From: Blepharisma stoltei ATCC 30299
Lineage: Eukaryota > Protista > Ciliophora
DNA: 64,000 nucleotides
Assembly: GCA_965603825.1 (NCBI GenBank)
Contig: CBFDEM010000003.1
Coordinates: 248,001 to 312,000 of the forward strand
Direction: 5' to 3'
Shown one piece after another: positions 35,773 through 47,431 of the stretch. Numbering within the stretch: position 1 is the stretch's first letter; each line of letters starts with the position of its first letter. The notes beneath the pieces are model-generated. The model was given only the letters and a program-made list of their open reading frames with translations, was not told the origin of the DNA and did not search any database. A program made the position numbers and the translations under genes.

Positions 35773-38370
35773 ATGTCCGGCGTTCTTATGGTAGCAGAAA
35801 AGCCAAGCATTGCCAAAAGCATTGCTGAGGCTCTCGGTGGCAATAATGTAGAAAAACGGCAAGGAGCTTCCAAGATTTGCCCAGTTTATGAATATAATGG
35901 CAGATTTTTTGATGAGCCTGCCCATTTCATCGTAACAAGTGTAGCTGGTCACTTATTCAGCACTGATTTCCCCAAGAGGTTCAATAATTGGAACGAAGTA
36001 GATCCTATATCCCTGTATGATGCAGAAACCTTGAAGATCGAAACTTCAATGAAAGGTGGAAACTTGATAAAGCACCTTCAAAACGAGGCAAAAAGATGCA
36101 AATACTTAGTGCTTTGGCTCGACTGCGATAGAGAAGGTGAAAATATTTGCTTTGAAGTTATGAGCATCGTAGAAGATTATATGCAAAGATCTAGCTATCA
36201 ATGAGTTTATCGTGCTAAATTCTCTTCATTGACTACTCCAGATCTCAGAAAAGCTATGATGGAGTCAAATTTGGTAGCGCCAAATAAAAATGAAAGCGAT
36301 TCAGTAGATGCCAGGCAAGAGCTTGACTTAAAAATTGGAGCTAGCTTCACGAGATTCCAGACACAATTTTTCCAAGGGAAATATGGGGATTTAGACTCAA
36401 AGCTTATTTCTTATGGCCCTTGCCAAACACCTACATTAGGTTTTTGCGTGAAAAGGCATGATGAAATTGTAAGCTTTAAGCCTGAGCCTTATTATGTCTT
36501 AAGTCTATCAACGAGAACTTCTCCTCCTACTAAACCAAAATATGCAAAAGGACACATAAAGCATGCTCCATCTGGTGAAGCTTTATTAAAGAAGCTAAAC
36601 GAGCTAAAAAACACTCCAGCTATTGTAAGATCAGTCCAAAAATCTTCACATAAAACCAAAAAACCTTCTGGACTCAATACAGTCCATATGCTAAAATTAG
36701 CTTCGTCTATTTTAGGATTAGGACCTCAAGCAGCCATGTCAGCTGCTGAAAGACTTTACTTGTCAGGATATATAACCTATCCAAGAACTGAAAGTACAGC
36801 ATATGCCCCTTCATTTAATCTCCATGAAGTCATTAGTATTTATCAAAGGCATCCTCAATTTGGTGAGCATGCTCAAATGTTATTAAATGGAGGCTTTAAA
36901 AAGCCTCATAAAGGAATTGATGCTGGCGATCATCCACCTATAACTCCTTGTGGCTCAGCTGGCCAGCTATCAGGAACTGAGCTATCTCTTTATAATTTGA
37001 TATCTAGGCATTTCTTAGCAACTGTAAGCCAAGATGCAACTTTTCAGCAAATTGATGTGCTCTTTGATTATGGAGGTGAGCAATTCAAACTTAAAGGCTC
37101 TCGCACAGTAAACCCAGGATTCTCTGCGATGACTCCTTGGGCATGTGCAAATGACAGAGAAATTCCAGAATTCACAGAAGGCCAAGAAGTCCCTGTCGCT
37201 GGCGTTGAACTTTCAACTGAATATACATCGCCTCCAGGATACTTAACAGAGAGTGAATTATTATCTTTAATGGAAGCTAATGGAATTGGAACTGATGCTT
37301 CTATGTCAGCACACATAAATAATATTTGTGAACGAAATTACGTTAAAGTTGAATCAAATTCTAGAAGATTAATACCGACGCAACTTGGTATTAGGCTTGT
37401 TCATGGGTATTATGCAGTTGACAAAGATTTGGTGCTTCCAAAGGTGAGATCAGAAATTGAAAAAAGTGTCTCTTCTATTGCTAAAGGAGAAGCGCAAAAA
37501 GAATTTATAGTAAATCGTTCAGTGGATATTTTTAAACAGAAGTTTGCATATTTTAGAGAGAATATTGCTAATGTTGATCAGCTGTTTGAAGCTTATTTTT
37601 CTCCTCTAGCTCAAAGCCAAGGAAAACCATTTACTAAATGTGGAAAATGCTTTAGGTTTATGAACTACCTCCCATTAAGACCTTGCCGTCTTTATTGTCC
37701 TAATTGTGAAATGACCTATAAACTTCCTCAAAACTGCACAATCAAGCCTTATAAAGAACAAAAATGCCCTCTTGACCATTTTGAAATACTAATAGTAAAG
37801 AATAACAATTTTAGCTATTTAATCTGCCCAAACTGCTTTTCTGATCCACCATTTGAAGGAATTGGGAGTGAAATGAGTTGCATGAAGTGTCCTCAATATG
37901 ATTGTGAAAATAACATGGCAAAACACGTTATAACCGCTTGTCCTAAATGCGAAAATGATATGACTATCAATGGGCTGCTGAAGCCAAATTGGTCATTAAT
38001 TTGTGTTTTTTGCAAGTTTTCTATAAACATGTTTGAAGGAGCCAGCTCAGTTGTAAAAAAAGATATAAATTGCGAGGAGTGTGGATCTTTTGTTGTGAAA
38101 GTTAAATATAATAATAATTCGCCTTGGGAAGCAGGAGAAATGGAAGGATGCTTGTGGTGCAACTCTGAAATGGCGAAATTGGTGGATTATAGGGAAGGAA
38201 CAGAAAAAGATGAAAATAGAAGAGGAGATGGGAGAGGACATCGAGGAAGAGGACATAAAGGAAGAGGGCATAGAGGAAGAGGCGGAAGGAGTAGAGGAAG
38301 AGGCGGAAGGGGTAGAGGTAGGGGAAAGCAAAATCAGCAAGATAAGTATCTTAGTTTTGAAGATTTTTAA
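35773..38370 (+). CDS. TOP3B: DNA/RNA topoisomerase III beta
   Basis: VLMVAEKPS, LWLDCDREGENI, SYGPCQTPTL, GYITYPRTES, GIGTDAS, C4 zinc fingers, C-terminal RGG. Joined through TGA 36202. Confidence 0.96.
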
Positions 38371-38769
38371 GTGAAATCAATTTCTGATAAAAATATGAAA
38401 ATTATAATCAGTTTATTTTATTTCATATTACGCTCTAAGTGAAATAAATGAGATACAGCAAAAGCATAGCAAAAAATATTTTTAATACCAAGATAAACTT
38501 CTCCATGCCTTAATAATATTTAATGAGTAAACTATATACTATTAATCCTTATCCAGCTGTGATTTGCTTCATTTTTATAATTCTGCTTGAAGCTATTTTT
38601 TTTTTATTTCTAACTTTTTTGTTGAAATGCATTTTATTCAAATTGCATTCATATTTTTCGTATAATATAATAATGATGATTATAATGATATTGTCCCATT
38701 TATTCAGATTCTAGAATTTTTGTTATAATTAAACAAAGAAAAACAGATATATAAATTAATAAAATTAAA

Positions 38770-40014
38770 ATGATGCCAAACTTAATAGGAAATCGATTTC
38801 AAGTAATATCAAGTGCTGGAGAAGGTCAATTCGGCAGAGTTTTTCTGTGTACGGATTTAGAAACACAGACTCAGTGCGCAGTAAAAATACCTTCAGTTTC
38901 TAGCAAAGACAGTGCAGCTCAGCTTATAAATGAAGGAAAAATCTTAAAGGCAATTCAAGGTGGAAAAGGCATCCCAAAACTGATTAAATTTAGCAGTAAA
39001 GAAAATCAAGAATTTTTAGCAATTCAATATTTGGGTCTAGATTTAGAAACAAAATTTGCTAAACATCATAAAATATTTTCTCTAGCAACAATACTTACAA
39101 TTGCAGAGCAGCTTGTAGATAGACTTGAATATATCCATCGAAAAGGGTATATTCACAGAGATTTAAAACCTCGTCAACTTTTACTTGGATTAGATTCTGA
39201 CGTATCCACTCTCTATGTCGTTGATTATGGTCTTTCAAAACTATACATGCAGAGGCCTATGGGATTGCATATACCTTACATTGAAGGGAGGCCCTTTGAA
39301 GGAACACCTTATTTTGCATCTTTAAATACTCATATAGGTATTCAACAGAGTAGAAGAGATGATCTTGAAGGTGTAGTATATATGCTAGCCTATTTCTTGA
39401 ATGGTAGCTTGCCTTGAATTCCTTCCAATAGATCCATCAAAATAAATGAAAAGCAGATCAGATCCATGAAGAGCAAGATTTCTTCAACTGAGCTATTTGC
39501 TAATAAACCGGAAGAGTTTTCCCATATTTTTAAATATGCTAGAAATCTGGAATTTGATGCAGAGCCTGATTATCAATATATCAAAAATCAATTAGCTTTA
39601 ATCAGACAGAAAAACAATATACATGCAATTGGCTTTGAATTCAAAACTCTTCGTAAAAGAAATTCATCGAAAAATTCGAGCTTAAAACCTCCTAGACCTA
39701 GCAAAATCCCACTCACATTCCACAGTTTTCTGATAGAAGATGAGGAAGATAATTCAAGGGGCAGCAGGAAATGCCGCTCTACATATGATGCATCTCCTAT
39801 CACCCCTAGCAGAAATTGAGAAAACAGCTTATTGATTGATGACGATTTAACAGTGTGCCTTAATAGCCATCCAGAAATAAAAGATAGGAGCATTTTAGTT
39901 AGAAGCCCAAGGTTTAAAAATGAAATACTTACTGAATGTGGAAGAAGCCCAACTTTCAGGAAAGGGGTTGTTGAAAATTTAGACAAAGATAAAAAAAATT
40001 GTGTGATTTTTTAA
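38770..40014 (+). CDS. casein kinase 1-like protein kinase
   Basis: GEGQFG, AVK, LGLDLE, HRDLKP, DYGLSK, GTPYFASLNTH, QSRRDDLE, GSLP(W). TGA at 39415 and 39817. Confidence 0.92.
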
Positions 40015-40702
40015 TCAAAAACTGTGAAATAGAATGCACATATCTTGAGTTAAATTTGAATACTTATTCAAATCAATTAATTAATCAGGTAATCTTGATG
40101 ATCTTAAATAAATCTGTTGCAAGATTGACAGTAGTAAAAAGAAAAAAATAATTAGACAATTTTATGTTTACACATAGAAATAGTATCAGTAATAAGCAAA
40201 TCTCCTATTTTAACTTCTATTAAAAATATGATAACTTTGAGAATAGTATAAATATAATTTTTATTTTAAAAAATATAGTTTATTTATAAATTCAAATCAT
40301 GATTTTAATAATGCAGAAATTCCTCTATAAATCAAGATTTTCTGAGTGCGATATAATGAATATAAAATATTTTTAAAGTTCACCATAATAAAAATGAGGA
40401 TTTGGAGAAGAGACTTTGCAACCTTTTAAAATCTAAGGCTAACCGATGTGGTGACAACTAATGAAGATAGCCAGGGGAATCATTATGACAACGTTCTCTC
40501 CCCGCAAATAATAAGGTGTGGCAAGGCTCTAGAGAAGTTAGGCTAGCGAAGAGGGTGAACTCTTCGGTAGAGATTTAAACGCTAAGGTATATTTTATAGC
40601 TTACAACAGATGATATATATTTAATATATAAAGTCAATTCGATCAATAAAATCCAAATCCAAATGAATCTCTTCTTTTATGTTCTGGGTTATATAAAAAT
40701 AA

Positions 40703-42052
40703 ATGCTATTATTTATCTTTTTATTTTGAATAGTCGAAAGTGAGTGAGTCGGCATTCTAGAATTTCACGTTGAAAAATTTCAAATTGATCATCTAGTCAG
40801 AATCTACAAACCAGTGATCTATATTTAGAACATTCCAGTATCAAGGGTTTCAGGCTATTTATGTCATCCTCCTGATTATGACTGCCCATTAAAACCTATT
40901 ATCCTGGTAGCAGCTGTTAACTCTTCAGCAACGCTAAATGAAGCGCTTTTACTTTCAAATTCCAAAAAAGCTAAAGCATTGGTTGTAATTACTGATATGC
41001 AGCTTGATAATTGGCCCAAAAATATTCTTGGCTTTAAACTGCCTACTGCAAATGGTCAGGTTCTCTTGAAAAAATTATCTGATAACCCACATCAAGAACT
41101 TGCACACATTTCATATTTCTTTAAGTGTAATTAAGACTTAGACCATTGCGAAATATACAATCCTATTATTTACGAATATATTGTTTTATCTATTGTCTGA
41201 GCACTTATTCTGGGTTTATGGCTATATAACAGTTATGTAAGAAATTTAAATTTTGCTGATATGAATCACAAATATGCATCATTGATTTTGGCTTTTAAAA
41301 CTATAGAATTGCTGTCATCTTTATTTTTTTGAAGCAGCTGTCCTTATAATCAAATAATTTCTCAATTATTTAGCTTGCTCAAAGATCAATGTAGAGCTCT
41401 ATACGAAACCTCCTTGTTTGCTTATATAATGGCTCTCAGTAAAGGCTGACATCTCTCAATCAGTGCACCAAATAGAAATGAATTTAGCTATATCATTATG
41501 CTGACTGTCGTAATCTACGTTTTTGATTGCGCTCTTAACTTGATTGAATCTTCTATGTCTGTTTTTATTCTCAGTCTATTTTTAGTGATATTTTCGCATT
41601 CATTTTATTTTTCATTTAAAACTCTTAAAGTCTTGAAAAATCAATATGCAATTGTAAGGGAGTCAGGAGACTATAGGCTTTTTAGGGTGGTATCACAAAA
41701 AATCAAGCTTTTTCGGGCATTTGTAGGAATATTATCTTGATATGTCATTGGAGAACTCATTTTTCATGGAATGATTTGATTTTATGAAATAGATGAGATT
41801 AATGATGAAGATAGGAATACAGAATTATGAATTGGGATTCATGAATCTCTTGAAATCATCACTTTTACATTTATTCTATATTTGCTTCGTGCTCGGTCAA
41901 TGGGACCATATTTTTCTCTTACTATAAACCCAGAAAGCCATAGTAAAATGATCCCATTTTATGAAGCTTCAAGAATGGCTCCAACAGAGAGGTCAATAGT
42001 TGCGATCCAGCTTCCAAGTGAAATCGTGCTAGGAAAACTTATAGTAACTTAA
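40703..42052 (+). CDS. seven-TM protein, GOST/Lung_7-TM_R (GPR107/GPR180-like) type; two 15-nt introns
   Basis: Signal peptide from ATG 40703. The frame stays open with TGA=Trp and introns 40814-40828 and 41127-41141. About 7 hydrophobic helices and an LSKG(W) motif. TAA at 42050. Confidence 0.75.
40814..40828 (+). other. 15-nt intron GTGATCTATATTTAG
   Basis: GT..AG with A10; removes an in-frame TAG. Confidence 0.8.
41127..41141 (+). other. 15-nt intron GTAATTAAGACTTAG
   Basis: GT..AG with A10; removes an in-frame TAA. Confidence 0.82.
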
Positions 42053-42095
42053 ACTAGCTAATTTATACCATTTATAGTTTGTATACTTATTAACA

Positions 42096-44015
42096 TTAGC
42101 TCATTTTAGCCTTTTTCCTTAGCCTGTTTTCCAAGTGATATCGAGGATCTGATTCTCCTTTGATCTGATAGTGTGATTTCAGAGTAAACCACCAAATATA
42201 TCCAAAGCCAAGAAAAGAATAAGCAGCAACCAGGGTTTCGAATAAATATGGGTATTGCTGAGGAGGCTCTATAAATTCAAGTAAATGAATTATTAGCATC
42301 CCTAGGTACCAAAATCCCAAATTCATTCCTTTTCGGTCTTGGAAATAATTTAGTGTTTTAATTACATCTCCAGCCATTATGTAGAACACAATTGATAAGC
42401 AAAAATAAGCAAATCTTAAGCCATCCTTGATCATAAGCGGATACATGCTGAAGGTTGCTATTATCACATAAAATCGGAACAGCTCAGGTGTATCAATTAT
42501 TGCTAAAAGGGTAAATGGTAGCAAAGGGATCAGGATCGTTTTTTCGTGAACATGATAAGAAAATAAAAAGAACGATAGTGAGACTCCTGATAGCGCATAT
42601 AAAAAGCTAAGGTTTAGCGGTTTCCGCTTGAATAAAAGGATTAAAAAGGGTAGAGATGCTATCATTGTAAGCAGTGCTGAAAACAATGCAAGCCAGCTAA
42701 TAGGGAAAATATTTTTGTATTTTATAAAAATCGAGGAAATGCACCAAAACGTTGCCACTTTGTCTTCAAAAATTCCTCTTTGGAATGGAAATAGTCTTGA
42801 AATTACTTGGAAAATGTCATTAACTGATCCAATCCAAGGAATTCAAAGAATGATCGTTGTTATAATCCCACAACCAGCAATGTTGGAGAGAGTTAAAATA
42901 ATTTCAGCTATCATAATACCCCATCTTATATTAGGCTGGAATCTCATGCTTTGGTGTTTAGCTCTTTTCCAAGCTTTAGCAATCCAAATACACAAAAACG
43001 GTAACACATAATAAAGCGCCATCTGTTTAAAGTTCAATGCAAGTGCAAGTAGTATTGCAGAAAGCCCAAGATAATCATAATAAACTAGAACAATAGCCCA
43101 AAGCGAAAATCCTAGCATAATACTATTGTACTGAAAATGCCCATTATCAATCAATATAAGTGGGGGTGATAAGAACACAAGAATTATCACTGAATATTTC
43201 ACACCCCCAGAAAGATATCGATAATACATTTTAAAAAACATAAAGATGGCTGGAACATAAACGAATAAATCTCCAAGTATCACACTTATCCTCATAAATA
43301 GTTTATGACTTGACGTCAAATACCCTCTGGACTCTCCTAATACCATAGATTCCGGCTCAATTATAGAACTGATGGATCCAAAGAACCATGAATGCCATGC
43401 GGTTAGTGGAGGATAATCCAGTCCTCAATACTCTAAATCATTTTCAGTTGAATTTTTATACCATTTGTCAGGCGATAAGTTCGTCGTGATTTCCATTCAG
43501 TGTCTTTGTGCTTCATAATCACCATATTTCGGATGATTATTATATCCAGAATGAGGTTGCGCGATCATTGCAACTTTTACTAATAAAGCCAGCAAAATGA
43601 CGATGACAATACTTCATTTCCAATGGATTGAAAAAATCTCAGCTAAAAGTGACTTGCCTCGGGCTTTGTATGAGTGATGGGCATAATACACAAGTTTTTC
43701 GATGACTGAGGGCAAATTTATGACAGGGATTCAGGATTCTCCTAGGACGTGCTCAAGAATGTTTTCGTCATCATAAAATTCGGTGAGTGAAGTGAGCTTA
43801 TCAGAGACTGAAAGAGATACTTTGGGGGATTGGAATGGATAGCGCTCTGGGAGATGGATAAAAAATTTCACTGGGTAGCTTTGGACTTCTGTAACTATTT
43901 CTAGGCTTCTGCTGGAGTCTGGGAATTCTAGTTTGTAGTTTGCAGGCTCGAGCTTTTTTAAGAGTTCTCTTTCCTTTTGAAGTCGTGTCTCATGAATGTC
44001 ATTTCTATCTTCCAT
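42096..44015 (-). CDS. ALG6: ALG6 alpha-1,3-glucosyltransferase with an N-terminal UBC/UEV/RWD-like domain
   Basis: One frame with no TAA/TAG. YGDYEAQRH(W)MEIT, Y(W)GLDYPPLTAWHSW, IDNGHFQYN, NFKQMALY, FPFQRGIFEDKVATFWC, FSYHVHEKTIL. Confidence 0.9.
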
Positions 44016-44222
44016 TTTATAAATTTACCATTCTCGATAATGACGTATACTTTTAGCTGCTTACATTTTAAACATGGATTTAGAATTTAGTCGAATCAGT
44101 TGTAGGAAAAGCAGATTAAGGTTGATTTTATTTATGATGTCAATTATAGATGCTAGTTTATAAATATAATAAATATCTAGGCTAATACTAAATTTTTTAA
44201 GTTTATTTTATAATGTATTGCT

Positions 44223-46160
44223 ATGAGCAATAAAGAATTGGAGTGGTTTGATATTGAAACAAGATTAAGAAAAGTCGTGATGGAAATGCTTGAGCCAACT
44301 CTCCAAAAGCTGAGCAATGACAGAGAAGCTGTCGGAAAAGTCAAGCGAAAAATGACTAGAGCCAAAAAACGATTAGATTACGTTGAGTCACTTTTAGGCC
44401 TCGGATCCAAAAAATCTGGCTGAATGGAAGATGTAGAGAAAAAAATCCAAGATTCTGCTGTTGATTTTTACACTTTTAAATCAAGCTCAAGTCAGCAGAT
44501 GAAAAATTTCATTGATTTTACAGACACAACTCAGCTTAACTTTTCCAATATAAGAAGTACTATAGATGGAATCCAGCAAAGGCTTCTGGCTAAAGATATT
44601 GAAATCAGCAGTCTGCATGAGTCTTTAAACAACAATAAAAATGCAACGATGGACTATTTTGGTAACCTAAAAGAAGATTTAACGAAAACTTACAATGAAA
44701 TGATGCAAGCGGCAAATAGTGCTGGGAAGATTGCAGACGAGTCTTTAAGAAAGTGCATCCAGGTAAGTACACGGCAAAGAGAAATAGAAACTTCAATTGA
44801 AAAAAACTTGGTTTTGATCAAAGATTTAGTGCATCAAATCAATAAAGTCAACCAAGAAAAAGCTACAATTTTAGATCTGCAAACAGAAACAAGCAACTTG
44901 CAAAAACTGCTGGATCAAATAAGTTTAAGATCAGGACTTATAGAAGTGAGTGTGACTGAGATTATACGATATTTTGACACATATTTGCCTATTGATATCC
45001 AGGTGTCCATTTCTGATAATCTTTATTCATATTTAGACTCCCGCCAGCTTCGAAAATACTGGAGATTTGAAGATGAGCGTAGGAGATTCTTGCAAAACAA
45101 AACCACTGATTTCCAAAACTCATGCGATTTGCAAGCTCTCATGAAAAGATCTGTTGAGTACGGACATCGGGCAGAAAAGAGAGCAGATGACCTTAGAAAT
45201 GAAATTATCCGGGGCAGAGGAGACCTAAAGCAGCTGAATTCACCTGCCCCTTCTTCTAGAGGATCATCTAATTTTAGAAATTACGATCAAAAGCCACAAA
45301 CCCAAGACAGCCCCATAAGAAGACAAATTTCTATGATAGAAGAAGAGTCTGATGAGGAGATCGCCTTAACTCGTGGAGGCCTCAATGAATTGAAGAAAAG
45401 TATAGGCGAAATTGAAAAGTTAAAAGAAAAACTGATGGAAATAAAAGAAAAAGAATTTAAAGTCAGAGAAGATATGAGAGCTGGGGATGATCAAAATAAA
45501 ATCTATCTAGACATTCTTCATAATTCTATTGAGGAGACAGAAAGGAAGAGAAAAGATGACAGGACTTTGTTTGATACTGAAATTGCAACGTTGAAAAATG
45601 AACTGGAGTCATCAGTTTCTAAAAACCAAGCCTGAGATGTGACAATCAAAAATATGAGTGACTTGTCTGCTGCTTTGGTCGAGTTCGATTTGATTTCTCA
45701 GGCTTTGATGAGCCAAGATGAAGAAGATAAGGGATCTCCAAACACCACGCAAGCATCAAAAGACAACTTCCTCCAAATATTGCCTAATATAACAACTCCT
45801 AGGAGAAATAATGCGAATACTGCTGAAAATCCAAGCCAAAATAACTCGATTCAGTCATTGAAGATCAATAACTTACCATCAGGTGTGCCTGTTTTGAAAT
45901 ATAGAAATAAGATATATACGAGATCAGAGTTAATTGAAATTTTGGGTCATATAATTCATGATGCTTGAGACACAGCTTCACTTAAGCCTCCATATAACAA
46001 TGAAAATAATCATGCTACAACTAACTATGCTCCAAGTACAGCTATACCTAGAACAAGATCAAAGCATTTTAGAATGCCTTCCGGGTCGTCCCGGGCTAAT
46101 GATTCATTTACTTCCAAAAGAAACTCAAAAAAGACTTTTCCTCATAGCTTTATTTTGTAA
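44223..46160 (+). CDS. coiled-coil hypothetical protein
   Basis: Three same-frame ORFs join through TGA at 44421, 45633 and 45966; TAA at 46158. Confidence 0.78.
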
Positions 46161-46246
46161 ATTATTTATGATATACTTTATGATTTCTATAGGTGATTTT
46201 TAAGCAATAATCATCGAAAATGCACAATTAATATAATATTTATAAT

Positions 46247-47293
46247 CTATTTAACTCCTAGATTAATCATTAAATCGTCTTCGGAAGGTTCTTTATGGCT
46301 TTCTTCGTTGAAATATGCTTTCATTTTTTCAAGCTTAGAATTGTCAATTTTTGCTTTCATTTCTTTGACAATTTCTTTTTCGTCTTTAATTTCTGGCTTT
46401 GGTGCGGTTTTTTCTTCGTAATCAAGTACAACACTTTCAGTGTTTACAACTTCTTCACTAGGATTTATCATTTTATGCAATGAATCCAGTTCCCATTTGG
46501 CCACGCCTTTTCTTTCGCTCTCATCAAATATAAAGCTTTTATCTTCTTCTTCTTGTGAAGTGTTTATGTTCATTTCTCCAGGTCTTCTTGATGGGGCTTT
46601 ACTTTTTTCATATTTTTCCCTTAGCGGAATTTTTATCTTGAGTTTGCTTCTGAAATTTCCATAAAAATATACCTTGCCATCACCTGGAGGTTTTGTCCCA
46701 GGTGGGGCCGTAAAATTATCAAATCCAAAGGATCCATCTCTTAATTGAGTCCCTGATTTTAGCATTGACCCAATTTTAGTATTTGAATTCTGAAGCGTCT
46801 TAAACAGGGTCTGCTTTATTCTGTTGTATCCTGCAGAGCTGCACATATCAAATAGAGCCTTCATTTTGGCAACAGAGTCATTAATTAGCACTTCTTCATC
46901 AGTTTCAGCTACTAAAATTCTAAGATTTTTCATGTATGAGACTGTCATATCCAATAATTCCTCTGGCCATTTTAAATTTATGAGCTTTGATTTATAGTTC
47001 ATAGTCATTATTTTGAACAATTTCTTCCAACCATTTGCTTTTGTTTTGAAAATTGATATACTTAATAGTTTTTTGAAGATTTCTTCGCATGCTCGTAAAT
47101 TGTAAATTGGCTGAGGGGTCATCATCTCATTAATGAAATCGTTGGAATACAAATATTTAATTAAATCTCGCTTTAACTTTGATGATTTAGTTGAGTCGAT
47201 ATTTTGGACCTCTGTTTTATGGAGGAGGAAGTTTATCATTTCAGAGCCAAGGCCTATGATTAAAAAGGGCAAGGCAAGTTGAGTTTCGGACAT
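46247..47293 (-). CDS. OSCP1-family protein (divergent)
   Basis: LPFLIIGLGSEM, QNI..KS.K, F..EMMTPQPIY, KLFKIMTMNYK. Confidence 0.75.
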   Translation of the reverse strand: MSETQLALPFLIIGLGSEMINFLLHKTEVQNIDSTKSSKLKRDLIKYLYSNDFINEMMTPQPIYNLRACEEIFKKLLSISIFKTKANGWKKLFKIMTMNYKSKLINLKWPEELLDMTVSYMKNLRILVAETDEEVLINDSVAKMKALFDMCSSAGYNRIKQTLFKTLQNSNTKIGSMLKSGTQLRDGSFGFDNFTAPPGTKPPGDGKVYFYGNFRSKLKIKIPLREKYEKSKAPSRRPGEMNINTSQEEEDKSFIFDESERKGVAKWELDSLHKMINPSEEVVNTESVVLDYEEKTAPKPEIKDEKEIVKEMKAKIDNSKLEKMKAYFNEESHKEPSEDDLMINLGVK

Positions 47294-47431
47294 TTTATGT
47301 ATAAAAATCAGGATTTTGATGAAAATTTATTATGAAATTATTATTTTTACTACATTAAAATAATATTAGCGTTTTGATGATATCATATAATTTTACAGGT
47401 TTTTTATAATTATTGAATAAAAAAGATTTTA

